Assembly (NCBI GenBank): GCA_964466515.1
Contig: CAYXQS010000001.1
Coordinates: 15,192 to 79,191, forward strand
DNA from: an uncultured Gemmatimonas sp.
GTDB lineage: Bacteria; Gemmatimonadota; Gemmatimonadetes; Gemmatimonadales; Gemmatimonadaceae
Length of the DNA: 64,000 bases
Direction of reading: 5' to 3'
Shown here: piece by piece, positions 18,409-27,139 of the stretch
How the letters are laid out: the number at the start of each line of letters is the position of its first letter
How positions within the stretch are numbered: the first letter of the stretch is position 1
Notes under the pieces: generated by a model
Told to the model about the DNA's origin: nothing
What the model saw: only the letters and a program-made list of their open reading frames with translations
Databases searched by the model: none
Made by a program: the position numbers and the translations under genes

Positions 18409-19782
18409 ATGAGGGATGATGGGCCGCTGCTTCCGACGACGGGGGAACTGCCGTCGTCGACGGCCGGCTGGCGGCATTCGCGGCCGACCCCCTCGCTCTC
18501 CGAGGTGTATCGCTCGGTCCCGGTGAGCGGCGCGACCTGGTTCCGCAAGCTCCTCGCCTTCGCCGGGCCCGGCTATCTCGTCGCGGTCGGCTATATGGAC
18601 CCGGGCAACTGGGCCACGGACCTCGCCGGCGGATCGAAGTACGGCTACACGCTGCTCAGCGTGATCCTCCTCTCGAACCTGATGGCGATCCTCCTGCAGG
18701 GACTCTCGTCCAAGCTCGGGATCGTCACGGGGCGCGACCTCGCGCAGGCGTGCCGCGACCACTACTCGCGCCCCGTCTCCTTCGTGCTCTGGGTGCTCTG
18801 CGAGATTGCGATCGCCGCGTGCGACCTCGCCGAGGTCATCGGCACCGCCATCGCCCTGAACCTCCTCTTCGGCATCCCGCTCACCTGGGGCATCATCATC
18901 ACGGCCTTTGACGTGATGCTGATCCTGATGCTGCAGCAGAAGGGATTCCGGATCCTCGAGGCGGTGGTGATCGTGCTGATGGCGACCATCGGCGCCTGCT
19001 TCCTGTTCGAGATCATCATCTCGCGCCCGGATATGGCCGAGGTGGCCAAGGGATTCGTGCCGAGCCCCTCGATCCTCTCGGATTCCGGGAAACTCTACAT
19101 CGCCATCGGGATCCTCGGCGCGACGGTGATGCCGCACAACCTGTACCTGCACAGCTCGATCGTGCAGACGCGGCGATACAACGAGGACTACGCCGGCAAG
19201 AAGGAAGCGGTGAAGTACGCCTTCCTCGACTCCACCATCGCGCTCTCGTTCGCGCTCTTCATCAATGCGGCGATCCTGATCGTCGCCGCGGCGACCTTCC
19301 ACACCACGGGGAATACCGAGGTGGCCGAGATCCAGGACGCGTACCAGCTCCTGACGCCGCTGCTGGGCGTGGGCGGGGCGAGTGCGGTCTTCGCCATCGC
19401 GCTCCTGGCGAGCGGGCAGAACTCCACCCTCACCGGCACCCTCGCCGGCCAGATCGTGATGGAGGGGTTCCTCGACATCCGGCTGCGCCCCTGGCTGCGC
19501 CGATTGATCACGCGCGCCATCGCGATCATTCCCGCGGTGATCGTCAGCGTGATGTACGGCGAGAGCGGGACGGCGAGGCTGCTGATCCTCTCGCAGGTGA
19601 TCCTCTCGTTCCAGCTCGCCTTCGCCGTCTTCCCGCTGGTGATGTTCACCGGCGACAAGCTGAAGATGGGGAGTTTCGTGAACCCAACGTGGCTCAAGAT
19701 CCTCGCCTGGATCATCGCCGGCATCATTGCCACGCTCAACGTATGGTTGTTGGTGCAGACCTTCCGCGAAGGGGTGTTCTGA
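18409..19782 (+). CDS. mntH: NRAMP divalent metal (Mn2+/Fe2+) transporter
   Basis: [34 protein letters not shown]. Confidence 0.95.
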   Translation: MRDDGPLLPTTGELPSSTAGWRHSRPTPSLSEVYRSVPVSGATWFRKLLAFAGPGYLVAVGYMDPGNWATDLAGGSKYGYTLLSVILLSNLMAILLQGLSSKLGIVTGRDLAQACRDHYSRPVSFVLWVLCEIAIAACDLAEVIGTAIALNLLFGIPLTWGIIITAFDVMLILMLQQKGFRILEAVVIVLMATIGACFLFEIIISRPDMAEVAKGFVPSPSILSDSGKLYIAIGILGATVMPHNLYLHSSIVQTRRYNEDYAGKKEAVKYAFLDSTIALSFALFINAAILIVAAATFHTTGNTEVAEIQDAYQLLTPLLGVGGASAVFAIALLASGQNSTLTGTLAGQIVMEGFLDIRLRPWLRRLITRAIAIIPAVIVSVMYGESGTARLLILSQVILSFQLAFAVFPLVMFTGDKLKMGSFVNPTWLKILAWIIAGIIATLNVWLLVQTFREGVF

Positions 19783-20222
19783 TGTACGACCGCATCCTCG
19801 TCCCGCTCGAGAACACGCGCTGGGACCGCATCATCCTGCACCACGTCCGCGCGCTGGCGAAGGTGCACGGGAGCGAGCTGCTCCTCATCCACGTCGCCGA
19901 CGGGTTCGCGGCGCGCAACGTCGCGCAGCTCGACCTCCGCGAGAGCGAGGAGATGCGGAAGGACCGGGCCTACCTCGACGAGCAGGCCGAGGCGCTCAAG
20001 GCGGGCGGCTTTCGCGCGGATGCGATCCTCGCCTGCGGCGACCCGGCCACGGAGATCTCGTCGGCGGCCGAGCGCGAGCGGTGCGACCTCATCGCGATGA
20101 GCACGCACGGCCACCGCTTCCTCGGCGACCTCATCCACGGCTCCGTCGCCAACGAGGTGCGGCACCGGTCGATGGTTCCCGTGCTGCTCGTGCGCGGGAA
20201 TCCCGACGAGCCCAAGGGCTGA
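19782..20222 (+). CDS. Universal stress protein
   Basis: YDRILVPL, GDPA, DLIAMSTHG, HGSVANEV, PVLLVR. Confidence 0.9.
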   Translation: MYDRILVPLENTRWDRIILHHVRALAKVHGSELLLIHVADGFAARNVAQLDLRESEEMRKDRAYLDEQAEALKAGGFRADAILACGDPATEISSAAERERCDLIAMSTHGHRFLGDLIHGSVANEVRHRSMVPVLLVRGNPDEPKG

Positions 20223-20226
20223 GCGG

Positions 20227-20886
20227 ATGGCGAAACGCACGCTCACCGGGCAGGCCGAGGATTACCTCAAGGCCATCTACGAACTCGAGCAACGCGGCGC
20301 GGCCGCGGCCACGACCGACATCGCCGCGCGGCTCGGCATCGCGCCCGCAAGCGTCACGGGGATGGTGCAGCGTCTCGTGCGGCTCGGGCTCGTCCGGTCG
20401 GCGCGGTACAAGGGCGCGCGGCTCACCGAGGCGGGCCGTAGCGCGGCGCTGCAACTGATCCGCCGCCACCGCATCATCGAGAGCTATCTCGTCGAGCGGC
20501 TCGGCTTCGGCTGGGACGACGTACACGAAGAGGCCGAGCGGCTGGAGCACGCCGCCAGCGACGAGCTGATCGAACGGATGGCGGAGGCGATCGGCAACCC
20601 CACGGCGGATCCGCACGGGGCGCCGATCCCGACGGCCGCTGGCGAAGTGGACGAGACGCGGCTCGAGAGCATCGACGACCTTGCGGCGGGACGCACGGTG
20701 ACGGTGGTGCGGATGTCGGACCGGGATCCCGAGTTCCTCCGCTACCTCGACGCGATGGGCATCCGTCCCGGCGCGACGGTCCGCGTGACGGCGCGCGCCC
20801 CGTTCGGCGGGCCGCTTACGCTCGAGGTCGAAGGCAGCGCGCACACCGTCGGCACGGCCGCGGCGTCGCGGGTGTTCATCCGCTAG
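20227..20886 (+). CDS. mntR: DtxR/MntR-family metal-dependent repressor with C-terminal FeoA domain
   Basis: EDYLKAIY, RRHRIIE, VHEEAERLEH, DPHGAPIP, MGIRPG. Confidence 0.88.
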   Translation: MAKRTLTGQAEDYLKAIYELEQRGAAAATTDIAARLGIAPASVTGMVQRLVRLGLVRSARYKGARLTEAGRSAALQLIRRHRIIESYLVERLGFGWDDVHEEAERLEHAASDELIERMAEAIGNPTADPHGAPIPTAAGEVDETRLESIDDLAAGRTVTVVRMSDRDPEFLRYLDAMGIRPGATVRVTARAPFGGPLTLEVEGSAHTVGTAAASRVFIR

Positions 20887-22526
20887 GGCTGCCGCTGGAG
20901 CGTCGTGGCGAGCCAGTCGGCGAGCGTCCCCATCACCTCGCCGTCGACGCGGCCGTTCGTGAGCATCGCATAGCCGCCGGGGAAGCCCGACGGGTCGTGC
21001 AGGAAGAGGTGGTTCCGATCCGTGAACACGACGGTGCGGACGCGGGGGTTTCCGGCGGCGCGGAGCGCGGCGTCGAGTGCGTGCGCCTGCTCCGGCGTGA
21101 CCTGCTGATCGGTGCCGCCCTGCAGGATCAGCACCGGCTGCTGCACCCGGCGGATGGTCGGGAGCGGATCGTGTGCGAGGAAGTAGCGCATCCAGGGCGC
21201 GCGGGCCGCCGTGGAGTCAAACTGCACGAGATGCGCCGCGAATGCGGAGTCCTTGGCCGCGGCGGGGATCGTCGTGTCGTTCATCACGCCGTTGCGGAGC
21301 TGGAAGTCGATGATCGTGCGTCCGCTCTGCGCCGGACCCGCCATCAGGACGATGGCGGCGAGCCGCGGATCGGTGGCCGCGACCATCGGCGCGATCATCC
21401 CGCCCTCGCTGTGACCGATGAGTGCGATGCGCGCCGGGTCGATCTCCGCGCGCGCGTGCAGGAATGCGACGCCCGCGCGAATGTCGTCGGCGAAGTCGGC
21501 GCTGGTGCCGTTCACGTCGCCGCCCGAGCCGCCGATCCCGCGATCATCCATCCGGAGCGCGGCAATCCCGCGACGGCCCAGGGTGTCGGCCACCTGACGG
21601 AAGATCCGGAATCCCGGCACAAGCGGAATGAACTCGTCGCGATCCTGCTGCCCGGAGCCGGTGATGGTCACGACCGCGGGGACGCGGCCGTTCGCATTCT
21701 TCGGAATGGTGAGCGTGCCGGTGAGCACGTGGCCCGCCGGCGTGGTGACGGTCACGTCCTCGGAGCGGTACGGCGCGTCGGGAGGCGCGGAGTAGTCGAC
21801 GCGCCCGATTGAGACGCCCTCGGCAGCGGCGCCGGTGACGACGCTGATGCGGATGTTCTGTCCCGGGAGGTAGCCGCCGGTGATGTTCCCGGCGGCGTCC
21901 ACCGACGCGACCGTGGCGTTCCCCATCAGCGAGAAGCGCGCCGAGTCGGGTGCGAAGAGCTCGAGCGTGGCCTCGTAGGTCTGCCCGTTGGCGAGCGCGA
22001 GCACCGGCACGGTGAGCGTCGTGACGCCGAGGAGGCGCGCGCGGCGCACCGCCTGCTCCATCGGGATGAAGTCGTTGTTGCCGAGCGGGATCACGTCGCG
22101 CTTGGTCGCGGGGCGGAGCACGCGTTCGCTGCCGCCGGCGCGGATCACGAAGTGCGCGGTGTCGCCGCCGAGGGTCAGGACGCCGCTCTGGAGCGGCGGC
22201 GCATCGGCTGGCGCGTTGGCGCCCTGTGCGCTGAACACGAGCCGCGTGACGAGATGGTCTGCGCCCAGCGTGTAGTCGTTGGTGATCCGCGGCGCGCCGG
22301 CCCCGGCGGTCACGCCCGTGACGCTGGACCCACTGCGCTGGATCCGCTGCACGACGATGGTGTCGGTGCCGCGCGTGAGGATGATGGCTGCCGTGCGCGT
22401 CGCGCCCTGCGCGGCCACGGGCCGCGCCAGCATCAGCAGCAGGGTCCCCGCGACGAGCGCGAGGGCGAGGAGCACGGCGACAAAGTGGAACGGCGCGCCG
22501 TGCGGACGTCGGGGAATGCACATCAT
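20883..22526 (-). CDS. Secreted alpha/beta hydrolase (S9/S15-like)
   Basis: Signal peptide; TGSGQQDRD, nucleophile GHSEGG, QGGTDQQV, NHLF; exact start uncertain. Confidence 0.85.
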   Translation of the reverse strand: MMCIPRRPHGAPFHFVAVLLALALVAGTLLLMLARPVAAQGATRTAAIILTRGTDTIVVQRIQRSGSSVTGVTAGAGAPRITNDYTLGADHLVTRLVFSAQGANAPADAPPLQSGVLTLGGDTAHFVIRAGGSERVLRPATKRDVIPLGNNDFIPMEQAVRRARLLGVTTLTVPVLALANGQTYEATLELFAPDSARFSLMGNATVASVDAAGNITGGYLPGQNIRISVVTGAAAEGVSIGRVDYSAPPDAPYRSEDVTVTTPAGHVLTGTLTIPKNANGRVPAVVTITGSGQQDRDEFIPLVPGFRIFRQVADTLGRRGIAALRMDDRGIGGSGGDVNGTSADFADDIRAGVAFLHARAEIDPARIALIGHSEGGMIAPMVAATDPRLAAIVLMAGPAQSGRTIIDFQLRNGVMNDTTIPAAAKDSAFAAHLVQFDSTAARAPWMRYFLAHDPLPTIRRVQQPVLILQGGTDQQVTPEQAHALDAALRAAGNPRVRTVVFTDRNHLFLHDPSGFPGGYAMLTNGRVDGEVMGTLADWLATTLQRQP

Positions 22527-22714
22527 TTGGTGGTCTCCGGTTCCTGCGCGGAGGCCGCCGGCGGTGCCGACGCGCGCCCCGCGCGCTTCAGGGAATCGCG
22601 CAACAGGTATTCGAGCTGCCCATTCAGGCTGCGCAGGTCGTCGTTCGCCCAGCGCTGCAAGGCGTCCAGGAGATCGCGGTCCACGCGCAGCAGAAAGGGC
22701 TTCTTCTCGGCCAC
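22523..22714 (-). CDS. Small Arc/ribbon-helix-helix DNA-binding protein
   Basis: KKPFLLRVD...LQRWANDDLRSLNGQLEYLL, the RHH type commonly found next to SPFH genes. Confidence 0.8.
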   Translation of the reverse strand: MAEKKPFLLRVDRDLLDALQRWANDDLRSLNGQLEYLLRDSLKRAGRASAPPAASAQEPETTK

Positions 22715-22730
22715 GGTCAGTGCCTATCGA

Positions 22731-23600
22731 TCAGGTGTAGAGCGAACCGGTGTTGATCACCGGCTGCGTGTTGTTCTCGGAGCAGAGCACCACGAGGAGG
22801 TTGCTCACCATCGCCGCCTTGCGCTCCTCGTCGAGCTTCACGATGCCCTTCGCGCTGAGCAGTTCGAGCGCCATATCGACCATTCCGACCGCGCCCTCGA
22901 CGATCTTCTGGCGCGCCGCGATCACCGCACTCGCCTGCTGCCGCTGCAGCATCGCCGCCGCAATCTCCGGGCTGTACGCCAGGTGCGAGATCCGTGCCTC
23001 GACGACCTCCACGCCGGCCTTGGCCAGTCGCTCCACCAGCGCCGCCTCGAGCGCCTGCGAGACGTCCTCGGTGTGCGTCGAGAGCGACTTTTCGTCGGCC
23101 GAGTGCGAGTCATACGGATACTGCGTGGCCACCGAGCGCAGTGCCGACTCCGACTGCACCGCCACGTACCGCTGGTAGTCGTCCACCTCGAAGAGCGCCT
23201 CGGCCGAGTCGACGACCTTCCAGACGACGATGGCGCCGATCTCGATCGGGTTCGAGTGGTTGTCGTTCACCTTGAGCTTGGCCGTCTCGAAGTTCCGGAC
23301 GCGGAGCGAGATCGCCTGCTTGGTGAGGAAGGGGTTGGCCCACCAGAAGCCGTCCTTCCGGACCGAGCCCTTGTAGGTGCCGAACAGCACCAGCGCCTTG
23401 GCCTCGTTGGGGTGCACGATGAACAGGCCGGCCGTGAGGCAGGCGGCCAGGGTCAGCACCAGGGTCGCAATCAGCCCGATCACTTCCCGACCTGCCTGGA
23501 ACTCCCGGACCATCATCGCCACCGAGGCAATCATTACCAGGAGGAGGACAAGAAGGACGACGAGCCCGCTGGCGGCACGGTAGTTGTTCTCACGGTACAT
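22731..23600 (-). CDS. SPFH/band-7 domain membrane protein
   Basis: Two TM helices; [53 protein letters not shown]. Confidence 0.92.
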   Translation of the reverse strand: MYRENNYRAASGLVVLLVLLLVMIASVAMMVREFQAGREVIGLIATLVLTLAACLTAGLFIVHPNEAKALVLFGTYKGSVRKDGFWWANPFLTKQAISLRVRNFETAKLKVNDNHSNPIEIGAIVVWKVVDSAEALFEVDDYQRYVAVQSESALRSVATQYPYDSHSADEKSLSTHTEDVSQALEAALVERLAKAGVEVVEARISHLAYSPEIAAAMLQRQQASAVIAARQKIVEGAVGMVDMALELLSAKGIVKLDEERKAAMVSNLLVVLCSENNTQPVINTGSLYT

Positions 23601-23631
23601 CGGTTGGATCTCCGGCTAGGGTGGTAGCAAT

Positions 23632-23660
23632 ATGATATCACTTAGATATCCTCTTGTCAA
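23632..23660 (-). promoter_or_regulatory. sigma70 promoter of the SPFH-RHH-hydrolase operon with tandem GATATC operator
   Basis: Minus strand TTGACA-N17-TATCAT; GATATC palindromes at 23634-23639 and 23645-23650. Confidence 0.7.
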
Positions 23661-23795
23661 GAGTGGGACCTAAGTCGTGTGCTTCACGTCGCATAGCGGA
23701 TGTGGTCCTGCGCGTTGCGCCTCGCCCATTATGTCGGAATATTTGTCACCCGTGCCTCAGCCCGTCCCACCCCCATCTATAGAGATGTTGGCGCT

Positions 23796-25514
23796 TTGAT
23801 TTGCGTGCACTGCAGCACTCCCGTGGCCGACGACGCGCGTTTCTGCCAGTCGTGCGGCTCGTTGGTCTCGGACGCCGGTGGCCAGGCGGCCGCGACGGCG
23901 TCGATGGACCAGAACGCGTTTGCGCATCTTGAAAACCTCCTCCGGGAGGAGATCAAGGGCGAGTTCACGCTCGGGAAAATGCTGGGGCGCGGCGGGATGG
24001 CGGTGGTCTACCTGGCCACCGAGACGCACCTCTCGCGCAAGGTGGCCCTGAAGGTCCTGCCGCCCGAACTGACCTTCGGGCACGGGGTGGATCGCTTTAT
24101 GCGCGAGGCCAAGACGGCCGCCGCGCTCGACCATCCGCACATCATCCCGATCTACCGCATCGGGTCGGGCGGGAAGATCTTCTGGTACGCGATGAAGTTC
24201 CTGGAAGGGACGTCGCTCGACGACATCCTGAAGGAGCGCGGCGCGTACGGGCTCGACGAGGCGATCGAGATTCTGGAGCAGGTGGCGGATGCGCTGGACT
24301 ATGCGCACGTGCACCAGGTGATCCACCGCGACATCAAGCCGGCCAACATTATGCTCGACAACCGTGATCGCGTGGTGATCACGGACTTCGGCATTGCGAA
24401 GGCACTGACCGAGGGGGCGCTCACGGCGTCGGGCTCGGTGATCGGCACGCCGTACTTTATGTCCCCGGAGCAGGGGATGGGGAAGCCGGTGAGCGGCGCG
24501 GCGGACCAGTACTCGGTGGCGGTGATGGCGTTCCGGATGCTGGCGGGGCACGTGCCCTTCGACGGCGATTCGGCCATCGACATCCTGCACAAGCACTGTA
24601 TGTCGGACCCGCCGCGGCTCGAGGAGTCGATGCCGCACCTTCCCACGCACGTCTGCGACGCGGTGGACAAGGCGCTCTCGAAGAAGGCGGACGACCGCTT
24701 CCCGACGGTGAGCGACTTCGTCGCGGCGATGAAGGACCCGGACTACCAGTACGCGCGACCGAGCGTGCAGACGGTGATGCTGAGCTCGGACGAGATTGCC
24801 AAGTCGGCGTCGTCGTCGGCCAAGCGGAAGATGGCGACCAAGACGGCAAAGGGCGGCGTGGCGGCAAGGACGCAGCTCGCGGGCAAGCGCGCGGTTCCCG
24901 AGCCGCCGGTCAAGAAGAGCCGCGCCGGGATCTACGCGACGGTCGCGGTGCTCCTGCTCGGCGGCGGTGGATTCGCCGGCTACACCGCGATGAAGGGGGG
25001 CGCCGCTACGCCTCCCGCGACCGTTGCGGCCAACTCCGAGACGCCGGCAGCGGGCGTGGGTGCCGACAATCCCGCACCGAGCGGTGCGGGGGCCGATCCT
25101 GCCGCGACGGTGGTCACGCCACCGCCGGCAGCCACGCCGCCGCCGGTCGTGCAGCAGTCGCAGCGCCAAGACCCGCCGCGCGACACCCGCCGCCAGACGA
25201 CACCGAACACGACGCCGAGCACGCCGCCGCGGCAGCAGGAACCCGCGCCGGCCCCGGTCAGCACTGCGCCGCCAGCGGCCGCGCCCACCGCTGCCGCAAC
25301 ACTGGCGACCCTCCGCCTCGGCGTGACGCCGGCGGCCGAGGTCACCATCGACGGCGTCGCGCGGGGACAGCAGCGCCAGCTCGTGACCGAACTCGGCGGC
25401 GGCCCGCACCTCATTCGCGTCGAGCGTGAGGGCTACGTCACCAAGGACACGACGGTCATCCTGACCGCAGGGCAGACGATCACCGTTCGACTGACGATGG
25501 AGCCGCGTCCGTGA
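23796..25514 (+). CDS. Hanks-type Ser/Thr kinase: zinc ribbon, kinase, TM, Pro/Thr linker, PEGA domain
   Basis: CVHC..CQSC; LGRGGMAVVY, VALK, HRDIKPAN, DFG, GTPYFMSPEQ; TM IYATVAVLLLGGGGFAGY; PEGA-like AEVTIDG..G.HLIRVEREGY. TTG 23796 is the likely start. Confidence 0.92.
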   Translation: MICVHCSTPVADDARFCQSCGSLVSDAGGQAAATASMDQNAFAHLENLLREEIKGEFTLGKMLGRGGMAVVYLATETHLSRKVALKVLPPELTFGHGVDRFMREAKTAAALDHPHIIPIYRIGSGGKIFWYAMKFLEGTSLDDILKERGAYGLDEAIEILEQVADALDYAHVHQVIHRDIKPANIMLDNRDRVVITDFGIAKALTEGALTASGSVIGTPYFMSPEQGMGKPVSGAADQYSVAVMAFRMLAGHVPFDGDSAIDILHKHCMSDPPRLEESMPHLPTHVCDAVDKALSKKADDRFPTVSDFVAAMKDPDYQYARPSVQTVMLSSDEIAKSASSSAKRKMATKTAKGGVAARTQLAGKRAVPEPPVKKSRAGIYATVAVLLLGGGGFAGYTAMKGGAATPPATVAANSETPAAGVGADNPAPSGAGADPAATVVTPPPAATPPPVVQQSQRQDPPRDTRRQTTPNTTPSTPPRQQEPAPAPVSTAPPAAAPTAAATLATLRLGVTPAAEVTIDGVARGQQRQLVTELGGGPHLIRVEREGYVTKDTTVILTAGQTITVRLTMEPRP

Positions 25515-27139
25515 AGCGCATCCTTGCCGCCCTCGCTCTCCTGATTGCCGTCGCGTCCGCGGCTGAGGCCCAGGGGCGTCGCACCGAACTGCTGCAGCAG
25601 GCGACCGCGGCATACGATGACTTCGACCCGGCGCGCGCCCTGCGGCTGGCCCGCACCGCGCTCGATCCGGCGCTCGGCCCGCTCGACAGCGTCTGGGTGC
25701 GCGGCGTGCATCTCGTGACGCAGATCCTGGTTGACGAGGAGCAGGGCGCGCTCGCGGGGACGTGGGCGCGCTGGGCGATGCGCCTTGAGCCGACGATGCC
25801 GCTTGACACGGTGAACTTCGTCGGCGAGGTGGTGAACACGCTGCGGACCGCGCGCACCGCCGCGGCGCGGTCGGCCGGTGACGAGGCGACGCGCACCACG
25901 CACGCCTGGCCGTCGGCGACGGACGAATCGACCGAGGGGCGGTTCCGTCTCGCGCCGAGTGCCGTGCCGGTGAATCTCCTCGTGGTCGGCCGCGGGCTCA
26001 TCACCGCCGGTCCGGGAATGGCGCTGCCGCCGGGCACGTACGAGCTCGAGGCGAGCGCCTCCGGATTCCTGCCCGCGCGCTTCAGCCGTGAAGTGCTCCC
26101 CGGCGTCACGATTGACTTTTCCTTTACGCTCACGCCGGCCGCGGCCGCGGCGGCGACGCTCGCCGCCGACGTGAAGGCGCGTGTCGACCGCTCGCTCGTT
26201 CCGCTCAACGTCACGCGCTTTGGGGGGATGCCGGCCGCGTGTGCGGTGGGCGTGACCGCGAGCGGCGGCAAGCTCGTGCTCACGTCGTACCACGCGATCC
26301 GTGGCGCCGAGAGCATCGCGGCGGGCCCGGGCGCTGCCGACGCCATCCGCGTCGCGGCGTGGGATGTCTCCGCCAATCTCGCGGTTCTCGTGGTGCCGAG
26401 TGCGGGCGCGGACACGCTCCCGTTGGCGTCGGCGCTCACGGACGGGCAGTCCCTCTTCGGCATCAAGCTGGCCGAGTGCCGCACGCCGAGCGAGTCGCGC
26501 GTGGTGCTCGACGCGTGGGACGGGCGTCCCGCCGGGGCGCTCCGGCTGAGCGTGCCGCCGCCGCAGGCGGTGACAGGGTCGCCGCTCGTCGATTTCCAAG
26601 GTACCGTCGCCGGCATCTGGTCCGAGGGTCCGACGGGCGTGCCCGCCGCCGTCGTCGCACCGCTCGTTGCGCGCGCGCGCGCCAACGTCGCCGCCAATCA
26701 GCTCCGCACGCCGGCCGAGGTCGCCCGCGCCGAGAATCATCGGTACGGCACCGTGGCCATCGCGACCGACGTGCCCAATGCGACCATCAAGGTCACGCCG
26801 CTTGAGGCGTGGCACTGGCAAGGCCTGACCGCGCAGGGCACCGCGCCGTTCACGTTCAACGCGCCCGCCGGCCGGTATCGGGTGGAAGCGTCCGCGCCAA
26901 ACGTCACGGCGCGGACGCAGGAGATCACCATCGTCGCGGGCGAGCGCACCCGCGCGGCGGTCTCGCTCCGGCAGGTCGCCGGCGGCCCCGTGCCGGTGGC
27001 GTCGCCGCGGCGCGGGCTGCCGAAGTGGGCGTGGATTGCGATCATCGGCGGCGGCGCAGGGGTTGCCGCGCTGGCCCTGGGCGGCGGAGGCGGTGGAAGT
27101 CCCGGCGGCGTCATCGAGATCTCGGTACCGAACCCGTGA
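25511..27139 (+). CDS. Secreted TPR + PEGA/carboxypeptidase-regulatory-like + degenerate trypsin-like protein with hydrophobic Gly-rich C-terminus
   Basis: Signal AEAQ; helical TPR-like N-terminus; PGTYELEA and AGRYRVEA; LTSYHAI, ANLAVL, TGSPLVD..G.VAGI; ends KWAWIAIIGGGAGVAALALGGGGGG...IEISVPNP. Confidence 0.75.
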   Translation: MKRILAALALLIAVASAAEAQGRRTELLQQATAAYDDFDPARALRLARTALDPALGPLDSVWVRGVHLVTQILVDEEQGALAGTWARWAMRLEPTMPLDTVNFVGEVVNTLRTARTAAARSAGDEATRTTHAWPSATDESTEGRFRLAPSAVPVNLLVVGRGLITAGPGMALPPGTYELEASASGFLPARFSREVLPGVTIDFSFTLTPAAAAAATLAADVKARVDRSLVPLNVTRFGGMPAACAVGVTASGGKLVLTSYHAIRGAESIAAGPGAADAIRVAAWDVSANLAVLVVPSAGADTLPLASALTDGQSLFGIKLAECRTPSESRVVLDAWDGRPAGALRLSVPPPQAVTGSPLVDFQGTVAGIWSEGPTGVPAAVVAPLVARARANVAANQLRTPAEVARAENHRYGTVAIATDVPNATIKVTPLEAWHWQGLTAQGTAPFTFNAPAGRYRVEASAPNVTARTQEITIVAGERTRAAVSLRQVAGGPVPVASPRRGLPKWAWIAIIGGGAGVAALALGGGGGGSPGGVIEISVPNP

